Positions 46,440 to 56,354 of a stretch of DNA of 62,597 bases are shown one piece after another (the stretch's first letter is position 1; each line of letters begins with the position of its first letter). Source of the stretch: a virus (taxonomy: Duplodnaviria > Caudoviricetes). A program made the translations under genes and the position numbers. The stretch spans positions 1-62,597 of IMG/VR virus record IMGVR_UViG_3300044636_000600, one strand, 5' to 3'. Under the pieces are notes generated by a model that was not told the DNA's origin, did no database searches, and saw nothing but the letters and a program-made list of their open reading frames with translations.

Positions 46440-46479
46440 GTAGCTATACAAGATTTTGAGCGAGAACGGAGGGAGAGGC

Positions 46480-46704
46480 ATGGAAGAGGAACTGACTATT
46501 AAGACGTTTCGGCTAGAACCGAGCGTCTGGGAGATGCTTGAGCAGCATCGCCAGCAACTAGGTGCAAAAAGCCGCACAGATGCGCTGCGCCTACTGATTA
46601 AAGGCGCAAAGGTCAAGCCGGCGCGAGTCAACATCGACACCGCCATTTTACAGCCACCGGTGCAAGCGCAGGTGGAAGAAAACGGCGACATCCTATGGGC
46701 ATAG
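46480..46704 (+). CDS. Ribbon-helix-helix (CopG-like) regulator
   Basis: IKTFRLEPSVWEMLE...KSRTDALRLLI; GGAGG RBS. Confidence 0.65.
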   Translation: MEEELTIKTFRLEPSVWEMLEQHRQQLGAKSRTDALRLLIKGAKVKPARVNIDTAILQPPVQAQVEENGDILWA

Positions 46705-46883
46705 TCTACGACTACTACGCTGGCCCCACCTGGCTTGACAGTTGTGACAGCAGCCAGTTCTGCCCACGTCGCTTGCTGGCGATTCTGGCAAGCCGCTGGC
46801 CCGACGCGAGGATGGTGGAGCGGGGGCAAGTGGTGGAAGTGGCGGCGGCGGATGATTGGGCAACGTGGTTGGGGAAGATATAG
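46695..46883 (+). CDS. Hypothetical protein
   Basis: Overlaps upstream gene. Confidence 0.4.
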   Translation: MGIVYDYYAGPTWLDSCDSSQFCPRRLLAILASRWPDARMVERGQVVEVAAADDWATWLGKI

Positions 46884-47006
46884 CGCCCGCCGGTGTGCGA
46901 GAGGCACCGCCCGATTCATGATCGGGCCGGCGGCATGGCTGCCAAGCGCAGCACAATTTATCCTGGCGAAGCCAACGCCGAAAAATGGCAGAAAGAGTAA
47001 GTAGGT

Positions 47007-47921
47007 ATGAGCGAAGCAGTAAATAGCGGGAAGTTGTTTGCCCGCATTGCGCAGGTAATGGGCAAGGTGCGCAGCCTGCCCAAAGACGGCTACAATAAGC
47101 AGAACGGCTACAACTATGTCAGCAATGATACAGCGCTAGAGGCCATCGGCAAGCACATGGCCGAATTCGGCGTCGTTGTCATTCCGTCAATGGTGCATTA
47201 CGACACCGTTACTGATGGCAAAATGACACGCGCCAAAGCGGAGTTTGATATGCACGTCTGCGGCGCTGACGGCGATGTGTTCACCGCCCGTTGGACGGCT
47301 GAGGGTATCGACTACGGCAACCCCGACAAGGCACTGACGAAGGCGATCACCTACGCCACCAAGACGTTTCTGATCAAGCTATTTGTCGTTGGCGCTGGCG
47401 GTGAAGATCCCGACGCCGAAAGCGCACCCGACGACAAAGCGGCGCAACGCAATGCAACCCCACAGCGCCCCCAACCGACACCAACACCAAAGCCCGCACC
47501 AGCCGCCACCAACGGCGCGCAGCACCGCCAGCCGCCTGCGCAGGCGCCCAAGCCCGTTGACGCCGATGCCGCAGCCCTGGCCGCCAGCGTCAATGCCACG
47601 ATCACCAACGTTAGCGAGTTTGACGCCATCCCCGACGCCAAGGCGAGTGATGCGCTAGACAAGGCGCGCAAGGCTTTTCACGCCACCATTGCTGACACGT
47701 TCCCGAAAGGCGACACCGACAGCGCCCGTCACTGGTTTATCGAAAAATACACCACGGCTTACACGGCTGGCAATGTGCGCACGTCCACCATCGACCTAAC
47801 CGCTGCTGAACTGGACGCCATGACAGAAGCGCTCAAGAAGCGCGCCAAGCACTACCGTGATCAGTGGGTGGTGGTGAAAACCGCGCCGATTACGAATGGC
47901 AAACAGCCGGCAACGGCATAA
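47007..47921 (+). CDS. erf: ERF-family ssDNA annealing recombinase
   Basis: KDGYNKQNGYNY, DKALTKAITYATKTFL, EDPD. Confidence 0.85.
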   Translation: MSEAVNSGKLFARIAQVMGKVRSLPKDGYNKQNGYNYVSNDTALEAIGKHMAEFGVVVIPSMVHYDTVTDGKMTRAKAEFDMHVCGADGDVFTARWTAEGIDYGNPDKALTKAITYATKTFLIKLFVVGAGGEDPDAESAPDDKAAQRNATPQRPQPTPTPKPAPAATNGAQHRQPPAQAPKPVDADAAALAASVNATITNVSEFDAIPDAKASDALDKARKAFHATIADTFPKGDTDSARHWFIEKYTTAYTAGNVRTSTIDLTAAELDAMTEALKKRAKHYRDQWVVVKTAPITNGKQPATA

Positions 47922-47933
47922 GAAAGGATACCT

Positions 47934-48323
47934 ATGTTTCAGCAGATCATTTTGATTGGTAATCTTGGCAACGATCCGGAATTAAGGTTCACCCCCAGCG
48001 GTGTGGCCGTCGCCAGTTTTAGCCTTGCCGTCAACCGCAGTTGGACAGGGGCAGACGGTGAGCGCAAAGATAAGTCTACCTGGTTTCGCGTATCGGTTTG
48101 GAACAAGCAGGCCGAAACGGTAACACAGTACCTACACAAAGGCAGCAAGGTTATGGTGGTTGGTGAAGTGGAAGAAGCCCGCGTCTTTACGGGCAAGGAT
48201 GGCACCCCCCGCGCCAGCCTGGAAGTCAAGTCGCAAAGTGTCCGCTTCATGGACAGCAAGAAAGACAGCGGCGACCCCACCGACAATATCACCGTTGAAG
48301 GCGCGCCTGACATTCCGTTCTGA
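47934..48323 (+). CDS. ssb: Single-stranded DNA-binding protein
   Basis: LIGNLGNDPELRFTPSG, C-terminal DIPF. Confidence 0.95.
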   Translation: MFQQIILIGNLGNDPELRFTPSGVAVASFSLAVNRSWTGADGERKDKSTWFRVSVWNKQAETVTQYLHKGSKVMVVGEVEEARVFTGKDGTPRASLEVKSQSVRFMDSKKDSGDPTDNITVEGAPDIPF

Positions 48324-48426
48324 TCTAGCCTAACTATCGCCAGCCGCCGTAAGCCTGTTGTCGCAGCGCCTACGGCGGCTTTTTCACCGCTGCCCACATC
48401 GCACCCACAAAGCGAAGGTGCAAAAA

Positions 48427-49176
48427 ATGAATGCAACAACTATAGACAAATTTATCGACGTGTCGTCATGGCTTACCCACATCGGCACTTACTACAATGT
48501 GCATATTCAATCCGGCTGGGAATTCGTAGACGCCCTACGGCTGGGCATTGAGCAATTCGGTGGACAGAATCGCGCCGCCGTCTCTGAACTGTACGATCTC
48601 GCCAGTCAGCATGTTGGGCTGGCTGTTCGCACATTGCAGAACTATGTTAGCATATCCCGTTCATTCCCGCCGGGCCGCCGCCAACCCGAATTGGGCATCA
48701 ACCACTACATCGCCTTGCAGGGGCTACCAGAAGGACAGCAAGACGAAATGGCAGACATGGCTGTAGCTAATGGATTGAGTGTCGAAGCACTACGGCATGA
48801 GGTGCGCAAGACGCGCCCCGGTTACATTACTGACGACAGTAACCAACCTGGCCGCACGTTGTCGCCGCCGTCTGCCTATGCCACCCGCAACGGCTATCAC
48901 GCCACCGACGACATTGACGACCGCGCCGAGTACCTGGCCGCAGCGCCTGACGCCTACGACGACGTGCCATTCAGCCACCACAGCGACGATGAACACCCAG
49001 CCGCCGACTTGTGGCCCGACGAACGCATTGACGCTATGGTGGACAAATTCGCCGACGCCACCGACGACTATATTCGGGTTGACGGCGAGTTGTGCCGCGT
49101 CCAGGTTGTCAACGCCGACAACGTGCGCAAACTACTGCGCACCATGCGCGACGAGTATGAGGCATTAGCCAGATAG
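48427..49176 (+). CDS. LmbU-like HTH protein
   Basis: TLQNYVSISRSFPPGRRQPELGINHY...LSVEALR pattern. Confidence 0.55.
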   Translation: MNATTIDKFIDVSSWLTHIGTYYNVHIQSGWEFVDALRLGIEQFGGQNRAAVSELYDLASQHVGLAVRTLQNYVSISRSFPPGRRQPELGINHYIALQGLPEGQQDEMADMAVANGLSVEALRHEVRKTRPGYITDDSNQPGRTLSPPSAYATRNGYHATDDIDDRAEYLAAAPDAYDDVPFSHHSDDEHPAADLWPDERIDAMVDKFADATDDYIRVDGELCRVQVVNADNVRKLLRTMRDEYEALAR

Positions 49177-49340
49177 TTTATGCCCAAGCGCCAGCGATTC
49201 AACCGCACCCTATCCCGGCAAATTGACGCAACTCACCTCGCCATTGACACCCTGCGTCAACTGCCACCAACACCACGGCGACGGCTGCGGATCATGGCAC
49301 TTACTGCACGACTGAAATTTTTACAGGCGAGGATACCGTT

Positions 49341-50360
49341 ATGAAAGCAACACCCAAACAGCGCGCCACGCTGGACAGTATGCAAATTCAATATGACGAC
49401 GAAATTACAGTCGAAAGTGCTTCGGAACTCATAGCCGCCTACATTGAAAAACGAAAACAAATGGTTGAAGACTTCAAGCGAAATAACCCCATTGACGCCA
49501 TTATCGAGCGCTATGGCAACCAACAGGTAGGACGTGATCACAAAATCTTTGCGCCCTGGCGTGCAGAAGCTACGCCGTCCGTCCACATTTACGAGGACGG
49601 ATCTTGGCATGACTTCGGCGCCGGGGTTGGCGGCGACGTGCTTGATTATTTGGGACATTTTTTCTTTGGTAGCAACTACAGCCGAGACACCCACTTCCCC
49701 GACGTGGTTGATCGTATCGGTTCGCTTGACATTAAACCACTCCCCGCCCAGATCAGCCGCCCGAAGCCAGTTAAGCCAAAGCTCACCATTGACCTGGAAC
49801 AGTGCTTGACCTGGCATGACACCATGCCGACGCACCGGCGTGCTTACTGGCATGGCCGCGGACTCACTGACACCACGATCAACCAGTTCTTTTTGGGCTG
49901 GGACGGCAAGCGCTACACGATTCCGTTACTCTATCGGCTGATCCCGTTTGGCGTCAAGCGCCGGCAAAGCGACGTAGACGACGGGATAGACGCCAAGTAC
50001 ATCATGACGACTGGTAGCCGTGCCGGGATCTACAACGCCGACGCGCTGGCCGCCGCCCAACAGTGCATTATCTGCGAAGGCGAGATCGACGCCATGATTT
50101 TGACACAACTAGGCTATAACGCCGTCACGTCAACCGCCGGGGCCGGTTCGTGGAAAGAGGACTGGGCGCGCTTCTTTACCCACGTCAAGGACATTCACCT
50201 ACTGTTCGACAATGACAAGGCTGGCAGGGAAGGCGCCGCCAAAGTTCACGCCACGTTGAGGCGGGCGCGCATTGTCACGCTGCCCGAAGGTGTCAAGGAC
50301 GTGGGCGAGTTGTGGCAAGCCGGGTATGCCGCCAGTTGGCTGAAAGAGAATGTGGGGTGA
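49341..50360 (+). CDS. DnaG-type primase (Toprim) with Cys-less zinc-finger-like domain
   Basis: ICEGEIDAM, FDNDKAGREGA, KDVGE; APWRAEATPS...WHDFG...GGD. Confidence 0.85.
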   Translation: MKATPKQRATLDSMQIQYDDEITVESASELIAAYIEKRKQMVEDFKRNNPIDAIIERYGNQQVGRDHKIFAPWRAEATPSVHIYEDGSWHDFGAGVGGDVLDYLGHFFFGSNYSRDTHFPDVVDRIGSLDIKPLPAQISRPKPVKPKLTIDLEQCLTWHDTMPTHRRAYWHGRGLTDTTINQFFLGWDGKRYTIPLLYRLIPFGVKRRQSDVDDGIDAKYIMTTGSRAGIYNADALAAAQQCIICEGEIDAMILTQLGYNAVTSTAGAGSWKEDWARFFTHVKDIHLLFDNDKAGREGAAKVHATLRRARIVTLPEGVKDVGELWQAGYAASWLKENVG

Positions 50361-50606
50361 TTACTCGCCCGCGTCGGTGACGGTGAACAAGTCAGCCACC
50401 GTGATCGGCATACCTTCGGACGCAAAGAAGGCAAGAAGCTTTGACAACACAACAAGGTCAACGCGTTGCATATCGCCACGCATGGCAGCCGACATGGTGC
50501 GAATGTCAACGCCAACATGCTGCGCCAGTTCCGACACATTGACGCTACGTCCAAGCTTCTTTTCATAGTCCTTGACCTGAGCGAATACTGAAAATTTTAT
50601 TGACAT
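50361..50606 (-). CDS. XRE/Cro-CI family HTH repressor
   Basis: VSELAQHVGVDIRTMS...RVDLVVLSKL...VADLF; AAGGAG RBS. Confidence 0.8.
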   Translation of the reverse strand: MSIKFSVFAQVKDYEKKLGRSVNVSELAQHVGVDIRTMSAAMRGDMQRVDLVVLSKLLAFFASEGMPITVADLFTVTDAGE

Positions 50607-50684
50607 ATATCTCCTTGTTGCAACGAATGTGAACCATTATGTATTTAGGATACACGACAATGATTAATTGACGCAAATTGACGC

Positions 50685-50721
50685 TTGACAAATACATGTA
50701 CATGCTTTACAATTACATGTA
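50685..50721 (+). promoter_or_regulatory. Rightward promoter with overlapping TACATGTA palindromes (candidate operators)
   Basis: TTGACA-17 nt-TACAAT; TACATGTA at 50693-50700 and 50714-50721. Confidence 0.7.
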
Positions 50722-50977
50722 TGATTTTGACGTATATCTGTCAACGTGTGGCAACCGAGACAGATAGCAAGGTGTACAGCATGACAACCATATACGTAAC
50801 TTTTGACCATTGTTTTTTGAATCGGACGGCTAACTAGGCATTTGCCACGATAGCCGACAGGCGCAGCGTACACCCTGCACCCGTTAGCCGTGCCCGATTC
50901 AGCAAACAATGGTTTTGCTTTTTATCCGTTCATTGCCACCAACGTCGCACCAGCCATTTGTAAATGAGGTGTAATCA

Positions 50978-52681
50978 GTGAGTGAATTGCAACAAGTATC
51001 AGTAGACAAGCTACGACCGCACCCGCAAAACCCGCGCTTGGTACAGCGTGAGGATGTGATCGCCAGCATCGAAACACAGTTACGCGAAAAGGGAAGTTTT
51101 GACCCAGCCCATGCGTTGTTGGTTCGTCCGGTTGCCGATGGCTATCAGATTGTCATGGGCCACCATCGCCACGCCGCAGCCAAACGTGCAGGGCTGACCA
51201 CCGTGCCTTGCTGGGTGCGCACTATCAGCGACAGCGAAGCCTTTATGTTGCTTGCCACCAGCAACGAGCAGAGTGACATGACCCCGCTTGAATGGGGTAT
51301 GCACGCGCTGAACTATCAAGGCAAACTGAAAGAGTACGCTGCCATCGTGGGGAAGGCAGAGAGCAGCATGTACGAAAACCGCAAAGCGGCGGAAGTGTTG
51401 CGGCATTTTAATGAAAAAACTCGAACGTTCGAGATCTCTGCCGAAGGCAAAACTCGAACGTTCGAGTTTTTGGATAAGACGAGTCATTTGTATGCAATCA
51501 GCAAATCAGATCAGTCTATTTGGATGTTGCTTTGCAACTGGATGCTAAATGGCAATAAGGGTCAGCGCGAAGTTGTTGACATCGTTGATGAGGTCAAGCA
51601 ACTAAAGTCTGACCACGCCTTTTTGCAACCCTACGAAAAGGTTGTTAGCCGCTACCTGGAAAACCGCAGCATTGACGGGAAGTCGGTCAAGATGCTGGGC
51701 GATCTAGTGGATAGCACGGTCAAGGCTATCCACCAACGCAGAGACGATCACCCCGAAAGCACCATCGATTTCGATGGCTATATTGATGAGTTCTACCACT
51801 GGCTAATTGACAACAGCGGCGGCGATTCGTGGAACGTTGCCAAGGTTCGCACCCATCGTTCGGAGCTTATCAGAAAGCTTGACACCGAACTGTCTTTGGT
51901 CGGTCGAGTTGCGCTTTACGTTGCCGTTGCTGAATCGTTGCCGCTGCAAGACGAGTCGGTCAATGTCGTTATCACGTCACCGCCCTACAACCTGGGCGCC
52001 AAGAATTGGGACATGGGTGGGGGTGGGCGTGAAAAGCGCGACGGGATTGGCTATGACTCTACCGAGGATTCTATGGACTACGATCAGTACATTGAATGGC
52101 AGATCGCAGTTTTTAAGGAACTGTACCGGGTGGCCCGCCCTGGCGCGTCATTCTTCTACAACCACAAAGCGCGCACGCTTGACGGTCACTGCATTGATCC
52201 GGTGTCATGGGTGATTCGTTCTGATAACCCCTGGACGTATCGCCAGCGGCTAACCTGGGATCGCACGTCAACCCACAATCACGAACCACGCCTTTTCGAC
52301 CAAGTTGACGAAACAATCATTTGGATGACAAAGGGCAAGCCGGCACTTTCCGAGCGCGGTATCGTTGGTGTCAAGTCGGTTTGGTCAGAGTTTGGCCCTA
52401 TCCCGAACACTTGGCACCCCGCCCCATTCACTATCGAACTGCCAAGAATGTTGCTACGTGCCATTGGCGCCGACGTTTTATCTGGGCAAGACAAAGACTT
52501 CACTGTGCTTGACCCATTTGCGGGCAGTTGCACCACCATCGAAGCAGCGCTTGAATTTGGCTGCAAAGGGATCGGTATTGATAAGTCAGAAAGCTATCTG
52601 CGTAAGGCGATTGACGCCCGCCTGGGTAGCGGTTGGTCTTTTGAATTATTGCATGGAGAAAACACTGAAGATGCGGAATGA
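50978..52681 (+). CDS. ParB-domain / DNA methyltransferase fusion
   Basis: HPQNPR, GHHRHAAA ParB motifs; TSPPY, HPAPF, DPFAGS methyltransferase motifs. Confidence 0.9.
   Translation: MSELQQVSVDKLRPHPQNPRLVQREDVIASIETQLREKGSFDPAHALLVRPVADGYQIVMGHHRHAAAKRAGLTTVPCWVRTISDSEAFMLLATSNEQSDMTPLEWGMHALNYQGKLKEYAAIVGKAESSMYENRKAAEVLRHFNEKTRTFEISAEGKTRTFEFLDKTSHLYAISKSDQSIWMLLCNWMLNGNKGQREVVDIVDEVKQLKSDHAFLQPYEKVVSRYLENRSIDGKSVKMLGDLVDSTVKAIHQRRDDHPESTIDFDGYIDEFYHWLIDNSGGDSWNVAKVRTHRSELIRKLDTELSLVGRVALYVAVAESLPLQDESVNVVITSPPYNLGAKNWDMGGGGREKRDGIGYDSTEDSMDYDQYIEWQIAVFKELYRVARPGASFFYNHKARTLDGHCIDPVSWVIRSDNPWTYRQRLTWDRTSTHNHEPRLFDQVDETIIWMTKGKPALSERGIVGVKSVWSEFGPIPNTWHPAPFTIELPRMLLRAIGADVLSGQDKDFTVLDPFAGSCTTIEAALEFGCKGIGIDKSESYLRKAIDARLGSGWSFELLHGENTEDAE
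51420..51470. repeat. Two CTCGAACGTTCGAG palindromes (second extends to a 22-bp perfect palindrome)
   Basis: 51420-51433 and 51449-51470 (AAAACTCGAACGTTCGAGTTTT). Confidence 0.85.
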
Positions 52682-53210
52682 TTTTAAGGATAGAGAGGGC
52701 AGTAAGTCGGCTGATGCTTGGCGTTTTCTGCATAAGACTTACGTGCCTAATTCTTTTTACGGGCTTGACATTGACTTTGTTCTGGTAGCCAAAAAGCCGT
52801 TCCCGTTCATCGTGGCTGTACTCGACATTAAAGTAAAGGGTCATGAGTGGGTAGGCTTTTCGCACATCATTGCTTACAACACCTATAGCCTGGCCCCCGA
52901 ACCATACCGATCACCGGTTTATATCATTCAGATCAATTCCGGTTTTGAACGTATGGACAAGTCCGAACACCGAATGGACATTTATCGGTACATCATGGGT
53001 AACCCATACCCAAAAGAAGAGCCATACACGGTCAAGGAAGAAGCGACGCAGATCACGTGGGACGATTTTGTTAAGTGGGAGGAAAAACTCAGAGATGAGC
53101 GACAATCCGAAATTGAAGAATGGGAACGCCGACAAAGCAACCAGTATCGTGCTGGGCAGATGGCACAGCTACAGGTTGAGCAAACTATGCTCAATATTTG
53201 GCAGAACTAG
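52671..53210 (+). CDS. Hypothetical protein, possible PD-(D/E)XK fold
   Basis: DIDFVLV...VAVLDIK; overlaps methyltransferase stop. Confidence 0.5.
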   Translation: MRNDFKDREGSKSADAWRFLHKTYVPNSFYGLDIDFVLVAKKPFPFIVAVLDIKVKGHEWVGFSHIIAYNTYSLAPEPYRSPVYIIQINSGFERMDKSEHRMDIYRYIMGNPYPKEEPYTVKEEATQITWDDFVKWEEKLRDERQSEIEEWERRQSNQYRAGQMAQLQVEQTMLNIWQN

Positions 53211-53405
53211 CGAACAGGTTGTTATGACTCTACTAAGTCAACCTTTCGTGATCAACCCCAAGCAGGCTATCGACGCGTACGAAAAGCTGATCAACAAAGG
53301 CGCCATTGATGTAAAGCGGATTGACTGAATCAAGTCGGGCTGGTGGCAACCGCTGCCAGCCCAATCACCCACATTACGTATTCACGGTGAAAAGCAGGAC
53401 GCATT

Positions 53406-54500
53406 ATGAATAAGTTGTTAATCCACGAAGAACCGTTGCAAGTGCTACCATCGTTGGCTGCCAAGATAGGGCTGAACGAAGCAATCATGCTGCAACAGAT
53501 CCACTACTGGCTACGAAAAAGCAAGAACATTCGCGACGGCAAACCGTGGATTTACAACACTTACACCGAATGGGAGAAGCAATTCCCCTGGTGGTCAAAC
53601 CGCACGATCAAGCGAATTGTTGACAACCTGCGCGCCGCTGGACTTATCGAAACAACCAGCAAGTATAACAAACTCAACATCGACCAAACCCTTTGGTACA
53701 CCATCAACTATGGAAAGCTTGACATGGGAGAGTTGACCGAATCGCCTGCTGTTCCCGAAAGTGACAAAATGGCACAATCGGACAGCGCAACCAGTGCCGA
53801 GAGTGACAAAATGTCATTGCCCAAAGTGCCAACTTGTCACAATGGCGGTGACAAAATGGCACAATCGGCACCGGTGGCCGAAAGTGACAAGTTGGCACTA
53901 CCATTACCAAGAGATATACAAGAGAATACAACAAGAGAGAATAGCGCGTGCGCGCAGCCCGAAGCGCCGCAACCGGCGACACCTTCCCCCCTCCCTTTGT
54001 CGGCTCATTCTCAACCAGCAGCAGGCGGGCTTGAGAAGCTGCTGAATGCGGCGCGTGAGAATGCCAACGGCAACTATGGCAAGCGGCAAGCCCAAACCCA
54101 CATTGACGGCTTAAAGAAAAAGCTTAACACCTTTGGAATTGATCAGGCGCAATTTACGGCAATGGTTGATTCTCACTTGTCGATAAAGGGAACCAAGGAT
54201 CTGGCCGACGGCGACAGTGAAGCGGCGGATCGGGCATTGCGCAAAGCTCAACAGTTCGTGGTGGACTTGTGCGGTATCGGGCAGCGTTTTTGGACGGCTG
54301 ACGGCGTAAACCTTGTTTGGGATAGCTGGAAGAAAAACGATTGGCGTAGCGACCCGTCAGAACAGCAGCTACTGGAACATGCAAGCCAAATGGTGGCGGG
54401 CAAGGTTGGTAAAGGCAACAAGGGTGGCGCAACGTCTAGCGCCAACGGTAACGGCAAACCTGCTGGCGTCTATGTCGGTGTAGCGGAGAACCTGAAATGA
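53406..54500 (+). CDS. Phage replication initiator
   Basis: LLIHEEPLQVLPSLAAKIGLNEAIMLQQIHYWL...WIYNTY.EW..QFPWWS..TI.R; internal iterons; upstream of DnaB. Confidence 0.85.
   Translation: MNKLLIHEEPLQVLPSLAAKIGLNEAIMLQQIHYWLRKSKNIRDGKPWIYNTYTEWEKQFPWWSNRTIKRIVDNLRAAGLIETTSKYNKLNIDQTLWYTINYGKLDMGELTESPAVPESDKMAQSDSATSAESDKMSLPKVPTCHNGGDKMAQSAPVAESDKLALPLPRDIQENTTRENSACAQPEAPQPATPSPLPLSAHSQPAAGGLEKLLNAARENANGNYGKRQAQTHIDGLKKKLNTFGIDQAQFTAMVDSHLSIKGTKDLADGDSEAADRALRKAQQFVVDLCGIGQRFWTADGVNLVWDSWKKNDWRSDPSEQQLLEHASQMVAGKVGKGNKGGATSSANGNGKPAGVYVGVAENLK
53761..53898. repeat. Five 15-bp iterons, probable replication origin
   Basis: GTGACAAAATGGCAC-like at 53761, 53803, 53826 (inverted), 53848, 53884. 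Confidence 0.8.
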
Positions 54501-55906
54501 CAGAACAAACAAACACGAACCAACTACTAAGCGAAGCGATCACGGCGGCTGATCACCTGGTGGGCAACCTGTATTTCAACCTGGGCGCTATCCCGGTCAT
54601 GGCGGGCAAGTTGCACCCCGACGATATGCCCGACTGCGACGCGCGGGTTGTCTACACAGAAATGTGTCGGCTGCATATCTCGCCAACACAGAAGTTAAGC
54701 GCGGGCGCGTTGGAAGCAGCGCTGAAAGGTGTCGGCTTTAACTTTAAGTACCTGGGTGGGCTACAAAGCCGTGTGGGCATTGACGGGCTTGACGTGCTGG
54801 AAGACTATGCACGGACGATCACCAACTGGGCGGACGTGCAGACGATTAAGCGCACGGCTATGCAGGTTGTCACCGAAGCGGACAAACCTGGTGCGAGTGC
54901 TGAACAGCTTTACCCACTAATGGCGCAATCGCCACAGTCACGGCAAACCGGTGGGCTGCGTGACATTAGCGAGTACGGCAATGAGTTGCTGGCAGACATT
55001 GACGGCTGGGAACGTGGCACGACGATAGAGGGATTTTCGACGGGCTTTGCCGCGCTGGAACGTTTCTTTCGGCTAGAGAAGCAACGCCTATACTTGATTG
55101 CGGCGCGCCCATCTATGGGCAAAACGTCACTCGCTATGGAAATTGGGCGCAAGGTGGCGAAGGAATTGCAGGACAATGACGAACGTGGCTGCGTGGCCGT
55201 GTTCAGCGCCGAAATGTCTGGTAAGAGTCTTGTCCTGCGCATGGCGGCGGCAACGGCGGGCGTCAACGCGCAACGGGTGAAAAATGGGATAGCCGAACCT
55301 GGTGAGTATGAAGGTATACGTCAAGCCATTCGGGATAACAACGATCTTGGTATCAAGATTGACGAAAGCGCCAGCCCGTCACCCGAAAGCATGTATTACA
55401 AGCTTGCCATGATTAACGCGGTTTGCCCGGTTAAGTTGGTGATTTTCGACTTCATTGAACTTGGCAACCCCGACAAGAAGACACAGAAACAGTCATTCAG
55501 CGAAGAACAACGGGTAAGCGCCATTGCGGTTGGGTTGAAGAACGTCGCCAAGCAACTGGACGCGCCAGTGATTGCGTTAAGCCAGTTGAGTCGTGAGGTA
55601 GACAAGCGCGCTGACAAGTTGCCTGTACTGGCTGACTTGCGCTATTCGGGCATGTTAGAACAGATCGCGGACGTGGTGGTTTTCGTCATGCGTCCAGAAT
55701 ACTACCTCAAGCGCAACATGACTTGCTACCTTGACGAAACCTATGGGCCAGCCGAAGAGGGGCTGAATCACCCACACGGGCAAGGCGTCGCTTACGTGAG
55801 TGTTGCCAAACAGCGTGACGGCAATGTTGGCATTGCGGCTATGCACTTTACTGAACGGTACACGCGCTTTGGCGATCTGGAAATGCAAAGAACGGAGTTA
55901 AACTAA
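54497..55906 (+). CDS. dnaB: Replicative DNA helicase
   Basis: AARPSMGKT, FSAEMS, LSQLSR, DLRYSGMLEQIAD, KQRDG. Confidence 0.95.
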   Translation: MTEQTNTNQLLSEAITAADHLVGNLYFNLGAIPVMAGKLHPDDMPDCDARVVYTEMCRLHISPTQKLSAGALEAALKGVGFNFKYLGGLQSRVGIDGLDVLEDYARTITNWADVQTIKRTAMQVVTEADKPGASAEQLYPLMAQSPQSRQTGGLRDISEYGNELLADIDGWERGTTIEGFSTGFAALERFFRLEKQRLYLIAARPSMGKTSLAMEIGRKVAKELQDNDERGCVAVFSAEMSGKSLVLRMAAATAGVNAQRVKNGIAEPGEYEGIRQAIRDNNDLGIKIDESASPSPESMYYKLAMINAVCPVKLVIFDFIELGNPDKKTQKQSFSEEQRVSAIAVGLKNVAKQLDAPVIALSQLSREVDKRADKLPVLADLRYSGMLEQIADVVVFVMRPEYYLKRNMTCYLDETYGPAEEGLNHPHGQGVAYVSVAKQRDGNVGIAAMHFTERYTRFGDLEMQRTELN

Positions 55907-56142
55907 TGCCAACCAAACCAACACCAACACCCGACGCCGCGACCCTGGCGCAATGCCGGCAACTTGGCGCAACCTGGCTGCGCTACCACGGGCCGCACTG
56001 GGCGCTGCGTGACACGACGATCTGGGAACTGTATCGGGACAATGCCGGGCGCCTGGAACGGCGCTTGCTGGGCTACCCCGGCGCCGACTGGCGAGGGTTC
56101 GGCGGGACGTTGCCGATGGATGTGCAGGTGATGACGGAATGA
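55906..56142 (+). CDS. Hypothetical protein
   Basis: TAATG coupling. Confidence 0.55.
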   Translation: MPTKPTPTPDAATLAQCRQLGATWLRYHGPHWALRDTTIWELYRDNAGRLERRLLGYPGADWRGFGGTLPMDVQVMTE

Positions 56143-56354
56143 CAACGTACATAATACAGGTATGGTGGCCCACCGCGCAGGAATGGCGTGACGATGTTGC
56201 CCCCTATCCTGCCGACGAATTGACGCAGGTAAAAGAGTGCCTTGCTATGATGCGCGAAATAAGGCCGCACCGCCAGTTTCGCCTGGCGCGGCGCGTAACG
56301 ACTATAGCTGATACCGTGATTGATCCGACGTCGGAGGAGGAGACGGATGATTAA
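56139..56354 (+). CDS. Hypothetical protein
   Basis: ATGA coupling. Confidence 0.55.
   Translation: MTTYIIQVWWPTAQEWRDDVAPYPADELTQVKECLAMMREIRPHRQFRLARRVTTIADTVIDPTSEEETDD

Noticed and set aside
48454-48465. ATCGACGTGTCG match to part of spacer 35236-35271 (self-targeting)
   Set aside because: Only 12 nt with non-matching flanks; compatible with chance.
51420-51433. LexA (GAAC-N4-GTTC) box
   Set aside because: No 4-nt spacer between half-sites and the site is intragenic.
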